Positions 13,713-26,303 of a stretch of 64,000 nt of DNA are shown here, one piece after another; position 1 is the first letter of the stretch, and the number at the start of each line of letters is the position of its first letter. This DNA comes from Eledone cirrhosa. Lineage: Eukaryota. The position numbers and the translations under genes were made by a program. The notes beneath the pieces were generated by a model that saw only the letters and a program-made list of their open reading frames with translations, did no database searches and had not been told where the DNA came from. Location: the NCBI GenBank assembly GCA_964016885.1, contig OZ024746.1:43586001-43650000 (forward strand), in the 5' to 3' direction.

Positions 13713-15392
13713 TCATCATCATCATCATCATCATTTTACGTCCGCTTTTCCCTGCTTGCAAGGGTGGGACGGGTCTTATTCAGCACAGCATCTCTCCACT
13801 CGTCACGGTCCCTCGTCATCTCCACCGTGAGCTTCAATGATCTGAGGTCTGTTCTCACCACCTCCGCCCATGTTTTTCGTGGTCTACCTCTACCAAGTCT
13901 TCCTTCAACTGGCATTTCCTGGCACTTCTTCACCCATCGGTCATCCTCCATGCGCATCACATGTCCATACCACCTCAGTCTCCTCTCCCGTACACTACAT
14001 TCTATCCCTCTCAGACACAGTTTCTCTCTCAACACATTTATGCTGGGTCGTTCACGCACATTTACACTGCACATCCAACGGAGCATGCTTGCCTCATTTC
14101 TCTCCAGCCGTCGCATATCCTCTGCGGTTGCTGCCCATGTCTCACTACCATGCAGCATCGCGCTCCTCACACAGGCATCATACAACCGGCCTTTCGTACG
14201 CAGGGAGAAACCCTTCTTCGTCAACAGAGGAAGCAGCTCCCTAAACTTCTTCCAACCCGTCCTTATTCTAGATACTATGGCCTCGGAACACCCTCCCCCC
14301 ATGCTAATCTGATCTCCTAGGTACCGAAAGCTATCCACCACTTCTATAGCGCCCTCTCGCATTTGAAAAATGTGTCTATCAGTGCGACTTCTACTGTCTA
14401 ATTTCCCTGTACATCTACTGCATACATATTTCTCCCTACCTGTTAGTTTGCCTGCTATCCCGCTACATCTCTTGTGTACCCAGGACCTACATTGTGTGCA
14501 TTTTATAGAATTTATGCCAGTTCCTTTTCTGCATATCGAACATGGCCATTTCCCTGACGGAATCAGGGTTTTGTCCTCTTTTCTACTCATCAACACTTTT
14601 GTCTTAGCTAGATTTACTCTCAGTCCTCTTGCTTCCAACTGCTGTTTCCATAGCCGGAATTTATTCTCTAGCTCCTCTACTGATTCTGCCATAAGAGCCA
14701 GATCGTCAGCATAGAGAAGTTCCCATGGACAGCCAGTCTTAAACTCCTCTGTTATGGCTTGGAGGACTATAATGAACAAGAGCGGGCTGAGGACCGAACC
14801 CTGATGTACTCCTACTTGTATCTGGAATTCCTCACTAAACTCCATTCCTACCCTGACTTTACTGAGAGTACCTCTGTACAAAGTTTGCACTGTCCTCACA
14901 AGCCATTCCTCAACACCCAGCTTCCTTAGGGACCACCAGATGACAGATCGGGGTACCCTATCAAAGGCCTTCTCTAGGTCAACAAAGGCTAAGTATAGTG
15001 GCTTATTCTTCTCTAAGAACCTCTCTTGCATTTGTCTCACCAAGAAGAGGGCATCTGTTGTACTCTTCCCAGGCACAAAACCAAACTGCATCTCATCTAG
15101 TTTGACCCTTTCTCTAATTAGTTGTGCTAAAATCCTTTCTGCCACTTTCATAACCTGATCTATCAGTTTTATACCCCTATAATTGCTCCTCTCCAAAGCA
15201 TCCCCTTTACCTTTGTAGCAATTTATGAGAATACTGCTGCACCAGTCTTTGGGTATGACACCACCATATATAGCCTGATTGATGATGCGTGCAACCAGTT
15301 TAGTGCCTACGTCCCCTGATGCCTTCAGCATCTCAGCAACTATTCCCGATGGTCCGGCCGCCTTACCATTTTTTTTTTACCATTTTTCATTT
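13712..15392 (-). mobile_element. 5'-truncated young RTE LINE (family A)
   Basis: Near-identical to 8366-10068 in the opposite orientation; (ATC)n tail at 13712-13734; 5' junction next to (TA)n. Confidence 0.95.
13736..15331 (-). CDS. Open partial ORF2 of an RTE LINE: reverse transcriptase, C4HC3 PHD-type finger and C-terminal region (no endonuclease; 5'-truncated)
   Basis: 531 aa with no stop. YADD catalytic motif; CSIC-x10-CTQC-x4-H-x2-C-x14-CSRC. The Met is internal to the original ORF. Confidence 0.9.
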   Translation of the reverse strand: MLKASGDVGTKLVARIINQAIYGGVIPKDWCSSILINCYKGKGDALERSNYRGIKLIDQVMKVAERILAQLIRERVKLDEMQFGFVPGKSTTDALFLVRQMQERFLEKNKPLYLAFVDLEKAFDRVPRSVIWWSLRKLGVEEWLVRTVQTLYRGTLSKVRVGMEFSEEFQIQVGVHQGSVLSPLLFIIVLQAITEEFKTGCPWELLYADDLALMAESVEELENKFRLWKQQLEARGLRVNLAKTKVLMSRKEDKTLIPSGKWPCSICRKGTGINSIKCTQCRSWVHKRCSGIAGKLTGREKYVCSRCTGKLDSRSRTDRHIFQMREGAIEVVDSFRYLGDQISMGGGCSEAIVSRIRTGWKKFRELLPLLTKKGFSLRTKGRLYDACVRSAMLHGSETWAATAEDMRRLERNEASMLRWMCSVNVRERPSINVLREKLCLRGIECSVRERRLRWYGHVMRMEDDRWVKKCQEMPVEGRLGRGRPRKTWAEVVRTDLRSLKLTVEMTRDRDEWRDAVLNKTRPTLASREKRT

Positions 15393-15504
15393 CACTATAT
15401 ATATATATAAATGTTCCCTATAGAATTTAAAATGAAATTATATATATATATATATATATATATAAATGTTCCCTATAGAATTTGAAATAAGATTTATATA
15501 TACC

Positions 15505-16599
15505 TAGGAGTACATCAAGGTTCAGTCCTCAGCCCGCTCTTGTTCATTATAGTCCTCCAAGCCATAACAGAGGAGTTTAAGACTGCCTGTCCATGGGAAC
15601 TTCTCTATGCTGACGATCTGGTTCTTATAGCAGAATCAGTAGAGGAGCTAGAGAATAAATTCTGGCTATGGAAACAGCAGTTGGAAGCAAGAGGACTGAG
15701 AGTGAATCTAGCTAAGACAAAAGTGTTGATGAGTAGAAAAGAGGACAAAACTCTGATTCCGTCAGGGAAATGGCCATGTTCGATATGCAGAAAAAGAAAT
15801 GGCATAAATTCTATAAAATGCACACAATGCAGATCCTGGGTACACAAGAGATGTAGCGGGATAGCAGGCAAACTAACAGGTAGGGAGAAATATGTATCCA
15901 GTAGATGTACAGGGAAATTAGACAGTAGAAGTCGCATTGATAGACACATTTTTCAGATGCAGGAGGGCACTATAGAAGTGGTGGGTAGCTTCCGGTACCT
16001 AGGAGATCAGATTAGCATGGGGGGAGGGTGTTCCGAGGCCATAGTATCTAGAATAAGGACGGGTTGGAAGAAGTTTAGGGAGCTGCTTCCTCTGTTGACG
16101 AAGAAGGGTTTCTCCCTGCATACGAAAGGCCGGTTGTATGATGCCTGTGTGAGGAGCGCGATGCTGCATGGTAGTGAGACATGGGCAGCAACTGCAGAGG
16201 ATATGCGACGGCTGGAGAGAAATGAGGCAAGCATGCTCCGTTGGATGTGCAGTGTAAATGTGCGTGAACAACCCAGCATAAATGTGTTGAGAGAGAAACT
16301 GTGTCTGAGAGGGATAGAATGTAGTGTACGGGAGAGGAGACTGAGGTGGTATGGACATGTGATGCGCATGGAGGATGACCGATGGGTGAAGAAGTGCCAG
16401 GAAATGCCAGTTGAAGGAAGACGTGGTAGAGGTAGACCACGAAAAACATGGGCGGAGGTGGTGAGAATAGACCTCAGATCATTGAAGCTCACGGTGGAGA
16501 TGACGAAGGACCGTGACGAGTGGAGAAATGCTGTGCTGAATAAGACCCGTCCCACCCTTGCAAGCAGGGAAAAGCAGACGTAAAATGATGATGATGATG
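15505..16599 (+). mobile_element. 5'-truncated young RTE LINE (family A); frame open over 15540-16583
   Basis: Starts at the GVHQGSVLSP motif, 347-aa open frame, (GAT)n tail; the penultimate PHD Cys is changed to Ser (YVSSRC). Confidence 0.95.
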
Positions 16600-16974
16600 T
16601 GTGTGTTCATAAGCAAAACACAATATTTGGTACAAAAAAAGAAAAAGATGTATACCTTATTCCATAAGTAAGTTTCACACATTAGGATTATGTAAAAGCT
16701 TTTTAACGATTTACTTAAATTATTGTGCAGCTTTTAATTGTTGCCACAATTCAAGATGTTGTCAAACTATGTTGGCTTTGTAAAAGTAAATATATTAAAT
16801 ATGTCATCATAAGATATGTATGCAAAATGCATACTGAAATGATTAAAAAAGAGTAAGTATTCATTTATTTATCCTTTATTGCATAAGGTTAACCTTCTGG
16901 ATACAGAGTAACTGGCTCAGTGCACGTTTTGTATCACTGTATATTCATTTTTTAACCAATCACTGATAAATTTC

Positions 16975-17250
16975 AGGACATGGCAGATAGAAAGTATCAG
17001 AAGACTAGATTTCAATGCGAACTACAGATCTGGATTTTCTGTGTGAAACACTACTGGCTCATACAAGCAGGACCAGAGAAGATTGTTGATCTGCAGTACT
17101 TGGAAACCAGAATACAACACATTTATGAGCTGCTTGATCCTACCAACAATCAACCAAATCTTAGTGGCAGTATCGATTGGATCTCCATGTTACAAACAAC
17201 TGGGCTCATTTTAAACATTTTCTATAAGAATGTTATTGATAAATGTATAT
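16975..17250 (+). mobile_element. Possible old LINE RT fossil
   Basis: Reads RLDFN..YRSGFS, reminiscent of RTE LDxNQPxEQAGFRSGFS; heavily decayed. Confidence 0.3.
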
Positions 17251-17924
17251 TGTTACTACTAACGTGTTTGTGTGTATGTGCCAGTTTATCAACAGCTTTA
17301 ATATGAATAGTGTCATTTGTTTATGTCCCCATAAACAATAAATCATACCATGTATCATTTAGAAACGATGAACGGCATATATCGGGTCTATGGATAAAAT
17401 ACAGGTTGGTTATTGAGAAGGGTATCCAGAAAAAAATTGCCTCATAAAGTCTTGTCTTAGATAAGAAACAAACATGGCTACCAATTCTATTATATTCCAA
17501 AATACAAAAGCAACTACAAACACTTTCAATCAAATCCTTTTTGTAATAAGATGAGACGGCTGTAGTTAACATGTATTTTATTGATACAACAGAGACAGTA
17601 TATATATCAGGCAGACATGGAGCAAATTAGAATGGAAAGAAGCAACGAAATATATACAGAAATATATACAGAAATAGTTGACAATTTACATAAACAAGAG
17701 TATCTCTATGCTTCACACAATCTCTATTGTAAAGTGACTCTATGCAATATGCATATATATATATGTGTGTGTGTGTGTGCATGCATGTGTATGTGTGAAG
17801 GTGTCAGGATGACATGCGACATATCTTGAGCATTTTAAACCCCACAGAGCCCTCCAGGTCTGAACAGATCTGCTTTATTCACGAGGAGTAGCAAGAGTGA
17901 AAGAAAAAGAAAGATAAACAATCT

Positions 17925-18013
17925 ATCTCAGTAATTGATTGGTACTTTTTTTTATCGACCTCAAAAATATGAAAGGCAAATTTGACCTTAGCAGGACTTG
18001 AACTCAAAGAGCA
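17925..18013 (-). mobile_element. tRNA-derived SINE fragment, interrupted at 18014
   Basis: GGTACTTT..TTTATCGACC..ATGAAAGGCAAA..GACC..GGA.TTGAACTC is the reverse complement of the SINE core seen at 45542. Sequence after 18482 appears to continue it. Confidence 0.7.
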
Positions 18014-18478
18014 TGTAGAAGGTCATGCCACCTAGCTTTGACTTTGGAGGCAGTCGATTAACTGCTCTTAGTTCTGACGTCACGTTCTGACATCAGTAGC
18101 TGTATACACTCTTTTCAACTTGGCGAAACAGCGATATCACACCATGCGGTCACGGGATAATTGATCACCACCACACAATGATAATTACGAATTACCAATC
18201 AAGGAGCAACTGATATAATAACCTGTTTTGTTTATTGCTCTGATTAAAATGCTTATGTACATATAATCTCGATGTATGTTCTTTTTGCTTAATTGTTTAC
18301 CTATACCTAACAACAAATAGAAGAGATGATCTAGCAGCCAAGCTAGGGAAACGAACACCCCTCTAAATCGTAAAACAACACAGCCTTCTAAAATTGGTGA
18401 CCCTCTCTCCTAAAGTGGAACTAAGGGCAGTTAATTGACTGCCTCCAAAGTCAAAGCTAGGTGGCATGATCTTCTACA
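18014..18478. mobile_element. 465-bp non-autonomous TIR element (TGT...ACA termini, 4-bp TSD AGCA), Ginger-like ends
   Basis: 61-bp TIRs at 18014-18074 and 18418-18478 with 3 mismatches; AGCA at 18010-18013 and 18479-18482. Confidence 0.85.
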
Positions 18479-19213
18479 AGCACAATGACTGGAGTGAATA
18501 ATGTAATGCATTCTATCCTATGTACGAATTAACAACTTATATATATATATATTCACATATGTATGAATATATGTATGAATATATGTATGCATATATTTAT
18601 TTATTTACAGATGTTCTGGTTCTCATAGCTGAGTCTGTTAAAAAGTGCAGAAGTCCTAATCGTAGAAGTTATATATATATATGTGTGTGTGTATTTACTT
18701 ATATACACACAAATATAAATACATTCATGCATTTACATAGAGATACAAAAATTTACAAACACATGAACATTTCTGCTTTGGGGAGTTATACATATAGAGA
18801 GAATGAACACATATTTTCTTTAAACATCAAAAACCATATCTTCAATATTTTTTTCTTTTCATATATCTAACCTAAATGTGGAATTTAAATTTTCACAAGT
18901 GGTAATATTGCTAATGAACTTTTTTAAATTCATAAAATTGCTGATTTTATAAGTATTACCTACAGGGTAGATAATATTATTTCCATATTTACAATTGTTA
19001 TAATTGAGTTATCAGACAGATATACATAATAAAAAATGTTATGTGTGGCCATAGCTAGAAAATATATAAGCAGTAAGCCAGAAAAGAGAATATGTTTTAA
19101 AAAATGTGAAGGTATTCTATGTATAGTGTATATACTAAATGCTATAATGTATTAACTAAATGATTAAGTATATTGCAGATGCTAGTAGATAGGTTTTATA
19201 TTCAAACTTGAAA

Positions 19214-19274
<61 letters not shown>

Positions 19275-19452
19275 TATGGGTTTAACTCAACAGGGATGTA
19301 CAAACCATATTTTTGTCTGTTGGTTGTGAAGCAGATAAAAAGAAGCACTCAATGACCTGTATAAACGGTGCAAGTGAGAGCATTATATATTATTAAAAGA
19401 TCAGAGACTATAATCAGTTGATTCAGGTTTATTTAAAACTCCATTATATATA

Positions 19453-21900
19453 CTAGCAGAAGAACCACCCTACAGGCGGTTTTCTGCTAGCATATATAGT
19501 GTGTATATTGATATACGCAAATATATATGTACATAGATATAATACGTAAATTGACAATATGCACATAAACTGAACAAAGACTGTGTTACACTTACTTCTG
19601 TAATCAGTAAAGTAAACCATGATAAAAAAGGCGATAATGGAGATGGAAAAGCGATAATGGAGATGGAAAAGCGATGAAACTGTTGATGGAAAATGTTCAT
19701 GAACCTTCACTTGAGAATGTCGATGGGAAGCTTCAAGCAGTGAATTTGAAAATAGATGTTGCTGGTATGAATGAATGAACTACATTTACCAATATGAAGA
19801 GTTGACCTTCGCTATATTGTTGTTTTACTGTATTCACATATAGACTTCATAAGTTTTTGTAGTGTCCCTTTTCTAGCAGTTAAAAAGAATCTGAAATGCA
19901 TTTCAACTAAAAGAGAGTGATAGCTGTTTCACATCACTGTAGAATTTCTTTGTAGACACAGTTGTCAGCAAACAGACATCTTTCATTTAATATTTTTATA
20001 TTTTCTTTTTTTATAACTCGTGATAATGCAACATACATCTGACCATGTGATAAGAATTGTGTTGGTAGATATACACCTATCTTTTCAAATGTCTGCCCTT
20101 GTGCCTTGTTGCATGTAAGGGCAAAGGCTGGTTTGACAGGAAATTGTTTGCGAGTAAAAGGAAACTCAAGCTCTTGAGATACATGTGGTATCCTTGGGAT
20201 TAGCAACCTTGTTCCAGCATTAGGATCCAATGCCACTTCAGCTTCAATTACATGATTATGTAAACTGATGATGATGTAGCATGTATCATTGCAATGCCCG
20301 TTTAGAGGATCCAGATTTCTCAGAAGCATGATGCAACTGCCTTTCTTCAGTTTAAGTATGTGTGTTGGGAAGCCTGATTGGGTAAGTTTGTTGATGAACT
20401 CAATTGGATATTGCAATTCATTATTTACTGTATCAGAGCTTCTGTAGATTATTTCATGACCAGGGAACTTGTTGACCATGAATTCATTCACCAATCTTGC
20501 TGCATCATTTTTTGGAGTGATAATTGCTCTATTTGCAAGCCATAGTGGGTTTGTGTAGTTTCCTGGACAATTTGTATACACAAAATCACACAGTCCAGAT
20601 ACATTACCATATTCCAGACAAAGTTCATTTGGCAGAAGAATTGTGAATGCACCTACAGTTGGAACAGTTGGAATGTTACCATTTCCCACATCAAGAAGGT
20701 AGTTTGCAAACTGTCTTTCATCAGAATCCTCTGCATTAATTAACCATTGATTGGTTGTCATCTCCATGGTTTCCACATAGTCCCAGAGATAGGATATCTT
20801 GATGGTTGCCTCAACTATTTGTGATCTAGAACCATGACGTAAAACTGGAAGAATTTTCTTCCAGTCACCAGATAGTAATAGTTAGACCACCAAGTGACTT
20901 TTTGCAATCTCGAACATCTTTGAAGCTCCTGTCAAGGCATTCAAATATGCTTATGTCCCATACCTATCTCATCAATGATTAGCAGATCAACTTGCTGTAT
21001 AGGTTTACCTGTGTCATCCCTCTTTGTGAAGAAGCAAGTTGATTCAGCAGTCACATTTAGAGGAATCTTGCACTTGGAATGAAGAGTTCTACCTTTGTGA
21101 AGCAAAGTGGCTGCTATTCCAGATATGGCAGTGGCAAGTGCAATTTATTTTTAGATCGGAGGTAATCCAATAGGATGTTTATGACATAGGTCTTTCCTGT
21201 ACCTGCACTTGCATTCAAGCAGAAAATTCTGCCTTCATTTTCATTTACAGGGGTGATTACTTTGTGAAAAATAACCAGTTGCTCAGGATTCAATGTTGGC
21301 AGAAGTTCATTTATGTTTGCTTGCAGTTGGTGTGTATTGAAATCAGTTTCTGCCATAAGAACCCTGTTGATTTCTGCTATGGCAACAATATATATGGTAG
21401 TTGAAGTGGTAGTGGCGACGATATACTGAAATTGCAACTTTGAAAAGAAGTCAATTTTAGATTATTTATTTTTACAAAATTATTTATTTACGAAATTTAG
21501 CACATACATTATGTAATATTCATTCATTATTTATTGAAAGTAATCCAAATTACTTTACTAACTGGATTAAAAGAAATAAACTGTATGCAGTCGCACAGCC
21601 CTTGCTTTATTATAGTTTAAATTTCATTGAGGACTATCAGTTATGATAGCCTGAGCTCTTCAGATGGCAAAACCTATAAAAAGTTGAAAACACTGAAAGT
21701 TCCTAAAAAAATCTTTAAATTAAAAATAAATCCAATAACTTCCTCGAAAAAGATTTTCTTTTATTGATATAGGTGGCCAGCTGAACACATGGTGTTGTTT
21801 CTTCGATGGCTCGCCCCTGTATGACCCTAAGAATTTTGGTTAGTTCAGGTCCCATGTCACATCGCCAGATGTTTAGTGTAGGAAGTAACAACATCAGCTA
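19453..21900 (-). mobile_element. Helitron (internally deleted); 5' boundary uncertain
   Basis: On the minus strand the 3' end is the hairpin AACCGCC-TGTAG-GGTGGTT followed by CTAG|T at 19453. A PIF1 helicase lies upstream on the same strand. Confidence 0.75.
19934..21437 (-). pseudogene. Helitron RepHel PIF1-family (SF1B) helicase domain, frameshifted
   Basis: Walker A ASAGTGKT, then GIAATLL..GRTLHS, LLIIDE, GDWKKILPV, IMLLRNLDP..GHCN, KQFPVKPAFALTCNKAQGQT and SHGQMYVALSRV. Split across ORFs 21114-21437 and 19934-20776. Confidence 0.92.
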
Positions 21901-22479
21901 GTAGCCCTTTCCCCCTCCTTTCTCTCAGTCAGTAGTTGTTATAGTAGTGATGACAGCCATCTCCTCCCATTGCACATCATGTGTTTACTTTTGATTGTTC
22001 CATAATTTTCAACATTTTTTTAATTGCATATTTTCCTATTGCGCAACTGCAACATTACAAATTAACCACCATTAGAATATCAGATGGAATGCCTTGCATC
22101 GTTTGTCAATTGGTTTAGCTCTCAGTGTTCTCAGTTCAACTCTTGCTGTAATCAACTTCGAGTTTCAGCTTTGTTTTGTCAATATATAATGTACCTATAC
22201 TGAGTAGTGGAATGGTAAAATTGTTACAGAGTCAGACAAAATGCTTTACAATACCTGTCTCAACTTATATTGATCTGAGCTCAAATTCCCTACTTTACTT
22301 GAATCATATCAATTGCAAAGTTATTGTAAAACGGTATTGAATCCAATGTAAGTATTGAATCCAATGTAAAAACAAAAATAAATACAGCTGACAAAACTAA
22401 TTAACTCAAAAAACTAATGTGCTAAGAGTTCATAAAAACTGTATGCATCTGAAATGTGCAGCAATATTTTCATTCATAT

Positions 22480-23165
22480 TCATCATCATCATCATCATCA
22501 TCATCAACGCTTAACGTCCGTGTTCCACGCTTGCATGGGTTTGGACGGGGGTAATCCCACTTGAGGCAAGAGTGATTGTCTTGCTCGCATAGGACTGTCT
22601 GGCAGGTTTTCTACAGTTGGATGCCCTTCCTAACACCAACCACATTTACAGTGTGGGTCTGGGAGGTTTTTACCGTGTTGCCTACACGGCCACATTACAG
22701 CGTGGACTGTGTGTTTTTTGTCGTGACACCTACACGATCTCATTTGTTTCGGCCTGGATGGTGTGGCACCAACATAACTTTACATAGAACGGGGTGGTGT
22801 GGATGGGGTGGAGGGGTGGTGGTGGGACGGGGGGGTATTTTGTTAGAGATGCCTACTGGCTGTAGTAGGTTTTACTATGTATTTAGGTAAGGCGGGTCTT
22901 CTCTGTTACTGAGTACTGCCAAAGGTCTCGGTCCAGTGACATTGTCTTGGAGAGGTGTAAGTGTGTGAGGTCGGAGTTTATCAGCTCGTCCCAGGTTTTT
23001 CTAGGTCTGCCTATTCCGTGGCTACCGTCTATCTTTATTGCCCTGCACTTTGTTATACAGCTATCGACTTTCATGCGCATCACGTGTCCATACCAACGTA
23101 GCCTTCTCTCGAGTAAACAACATCTGATCCCTCTTATTTCTAATTTTTTCCTTAGTTCGTTTCAT
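22480..23165 (-). mobile_element. RTE LINE 3' end (family B)
   Basis: Encodes ..WYGHVMRMKVDSCITKC..GRPRKTWDEL; long 3'UTR; (ATC)n tail at 22480-22505. Confidence 0.9.
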
Positions 23166-23454
23166 ATTTCTTAAATAAATAAATATTGCATGCCTTTTAA
23201 TTCTTTTATAATTATCATAATTCACAAAATATATCTTAATGGCTTAGCTTATCAAAAGAAATTATTTTCAAATTATTGACTTTTTTCCTTTGGTTAGTGG
23301 CTTATAAAATATATAATTCCTACAACTGTTATAGAAATGCACATATCCAGACAAGTGCATATATATATATATAAACTTAACTAAATACTCATATATGCAA
23401 GATACATTTACAAAAACTAGAATATATTCTCAGACCAAATATATATATATATAT

Positions 23455-23752
23455 ATATGTTGGTAGCACCATGATAAAATGCTCCCAGTTGTAGTTGATG
23501 GCCAAATGGAGACAATGTAAGGTAGAGAAGACTCTTTATCCTTGTGCTGATACCACAATAAAATGCACCCAGTACACTCAGTAAAGTAATTATCATTAAG
23601 AAGGACATTCAACCATAGAAACTTTACCGGCAATATGAATGTATAAGGGAGACAAGGTTCTCTTAATCATCTAGGAGTTAACTCTAAATAAGAATTGACT
23701 AACAATCTGTTCAATACATATTGAGGTAAAAAGATGGTAAATGATGATGATA
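23455..23752 (+). mobile_element. Decayed SINE / RTE-tail repeat
   Basis: GCACCCAGTACACTCAGTAAAGT..ATTAAGAAGGACATTCAACCATAGAAAC resembles the RTE 3'UTR at 39430-39490; ends in (ATG)n. Confidence 0.55.
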
Positions 23753-23799
23753 TATAATAGTAATAACAATACCAATAACAATAATATTTTTAAAAAATG

Positions 23800-24020
23800 A
23801 TAATGGTTTCTGATTTTAGGCACAAGGCCAACACATTTTTTTGAGTGGGAGGTGGGTGGGGGTGGGGTGATTAAACGAATGCTAGTGCATTACCGGTACT
23901 TTATTTTATTGACTCCTTCAGGATAAAAGGCAAAACTAACCTCGGCAGGATTTGAACACAGAATGTAAAGGGCCAAACATTGCCAATCATTGTCGGATGC
24001 TTTGCTGATGCTGCCAAGAA
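23800..24020 (-). mobile_element. tRNA-derived SINE, older copy
   Basis: Reverse complement of the SINE core (GGTACTTTATTTTATTGAC..GGATAAAAGGCAAA..ACCTCGGCAGGATTTGAAC) and of the GGCCTTGTGCC tail. Confidence 0.75.
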
Positions 24021-25654
24021 GAAGAAAGAGGAGGAGGACAACAACAGCAACAGCAACACAATAAAAACCTATAGAATACAGATGTATGCAACCCATTTAA
24101 GCAGATAGATAACTTCCAGGTTCTAAAAGTCTGTAGAACTGCAGAGAGATAATAGCAATTCCTGTTATAAGAAGATCACTAAGAACAGTGTCTGAAAATA
24201 TCACCAAATGTCTCTTTCTCTTATCAACTTCATAAACCTTTTGATGTATTTCGTAAAATAAACATCTTTATAAGCTGTAACTTAATGAAAAAAATTACAT
24301 AAAATTGTGATGGAATGAATAAATGTCAGCCTCTGATTGACTACCTGTTTCTCTATGTGTTCTTAGTTTGATAAAATGGAGAAAATTACATCAAATGTAC
24401 AAGTATCTTCATTTATTTATTAACAAAATTAATTTTTCACAAGCAACAGAATATCTGTTCTGGCAATTAAGTTTAGTTGAGTTAATATCAAATGTTCAAT
24501 TTTAAATTCTGTGTTCATAGACACACTGCTTGTTTTAATCTGATTAATATCTCTTTGAGGTGGCTTAGCAGAAATATAGGGATGTTTTTTCTGCATGTAA
24601 GAGATAGACAGGCAGATAGAGCAAGACAGAGAAGGGTGAAGACTGCAGCTCTTTCCTTTCATTTTTTCTCTGTGCCCCTCACTAGTGATGAAATTGTTTT
24701 GGTTTCTTATAGTAACTCAGGTAAGGAGAGAGAGGTGGTGGAGATCATACAAAATATGGAGTGAATTTAGATAAATATGAAAATTTGAAAATAAAACAGT
24801 TTTGTTTCATAAAACAAGAGTGGGTTTCAAATGATATGGTGTCAAAAGGTTTGAACATCATTTCTCAAAAATAGTGTTTTTTGACAAACTAAAAAGAAAA
24901 ATGTCTTTTATTTTGCAGATAGAAGTTAGGTTTATAATAATAAATACAGAGGAGATGACACCTACAACATTTGTGTTAATTTTTCTAAGCAACATGCAAC
25001 ATTCTGATTGATAATTCTGCAAGCATGAATAATTATTCATTAGCTGAGCATATCTCAATTTAATTAACAAGAAACACTAATAGAATTTAAGAAGCAAGGA
25101 AACAATCACAATTTCCCTATAAATATTTATAAACGAAATGTCATGTAACGTCAAAGTTGGAAAGTTTAAGTGTGTATAATTGCAGAATGGAAGCATTTTT
25201 TTAGAACTTTAAGAAAGAGGCGTGGAAAGATGGAAAAAAATCTTGAGAATTCCTAAATGATGGATATTATTTAGAGACATTAATGGCGGCACTTTCCAGT
25301 GAGATTTTAAAAGAGAAAAGATAAATGATGAATTAAAATGCAATAAATTTAATTAAAACACTCACTCATTAGGGTCTTGTATAGTATAAGAAAATAAAAT
25401 AAGAAAATTCTAGGAATGGCAAGATTATAGCAATTTTTATCTTTAATTAGAAAAAGCCAAGAAAAAGGATTGATTATATCTTATTCATTAGTAATAAAAA
25501 AAAAGTTTAATTGACAGAACCACTTTAAAGAAGTATTAACAAATGCAAATAAAAAAAGAAAAGTAAGATTTTGAGGACATCTTCAAAGAAGCTTATATAT
25601 AATTACATATATAAGTATGTGCATATATATATATATATACACATATATATTTTC

Positions 25655-26290
25655 TCATTCGCACAATAGTCTCTAACCCAACAACAAGAGACTGCAGACT
25701 AGAAGAGATGAAAAAATACTCTAGAGAAAAAAAATACCCTCAGAATCTAATCAATAGAAGCATTCAAAAAGCAAGACAAATTAAAATCCAAGTATTTCAA
25801 GAAACGAAAAGAAAAAAAATCATACCATACATTTCGACTTTTGACTCAAAGAAGACAGAAACCTACTCTCACATAAAGAACAAAACATGAAAAAACCTCT
25901 TACAAAATACCCAATTATAAAAAGGAAATGACAACCTCGAACACTACAAAAATACTAATAAAATGCAAAGCTGCAAACCAGAATTAAAGGACCTGGAGAG
26001 AAAAGATGTGGGATTTGCAACTATCTATTAGAAGGTCACAATTTCACTTCAGAGAAAATTAAAAATGACTTCTCATGGAATTCAAAACATTTAATATATA
26101 TAACGTACATGTTACCATGAACACTACATTGCCCAAACAGGATTAACACTGACAAAGAATGACAGTTCACTTCCAGCAAATTAGGGATCCATACAGAAGA
26201 AAGATCCCTCTTAGCTAACATATAGAGGAATGCAGAGGGCGAACTTCACCAAATTTCAATGTTTTCCCATTCAATCACTGTTACCATAAT
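25655..26290 (+). mobile_element. Penelope-like element fossil (RT thumb, CxxC linker and start of GIY-YIG; Neptune-type layout)
   Basis: Reads IRTIVSNPTTRDCRLEEMKKYSREKKYPQNLINRSIQKA, IPYISTFD, KRCGICNYLLEG and NDFSWNSKHLIYIT, matching PLE thumb, linker and 'NLIY' GIY-YIG motifs. Follows (TA)n. Confidence 0.8.
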
Positions 26291-26303
26291 TTTTAAATAG
26301 TAG

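Noticed and set aside
13712-16599. Twin-priming inversion of a single LINE
   Set aside because: Both halves contain the same 3' region and tail, and they differ at many sites; two separate insertions fit better.
19934-20776. Cellular PIF1 gene
   Set aside because: It is intronless, frameshifted upstream, has Helitron-type motifs, and is followed by a Helitron 3' end.
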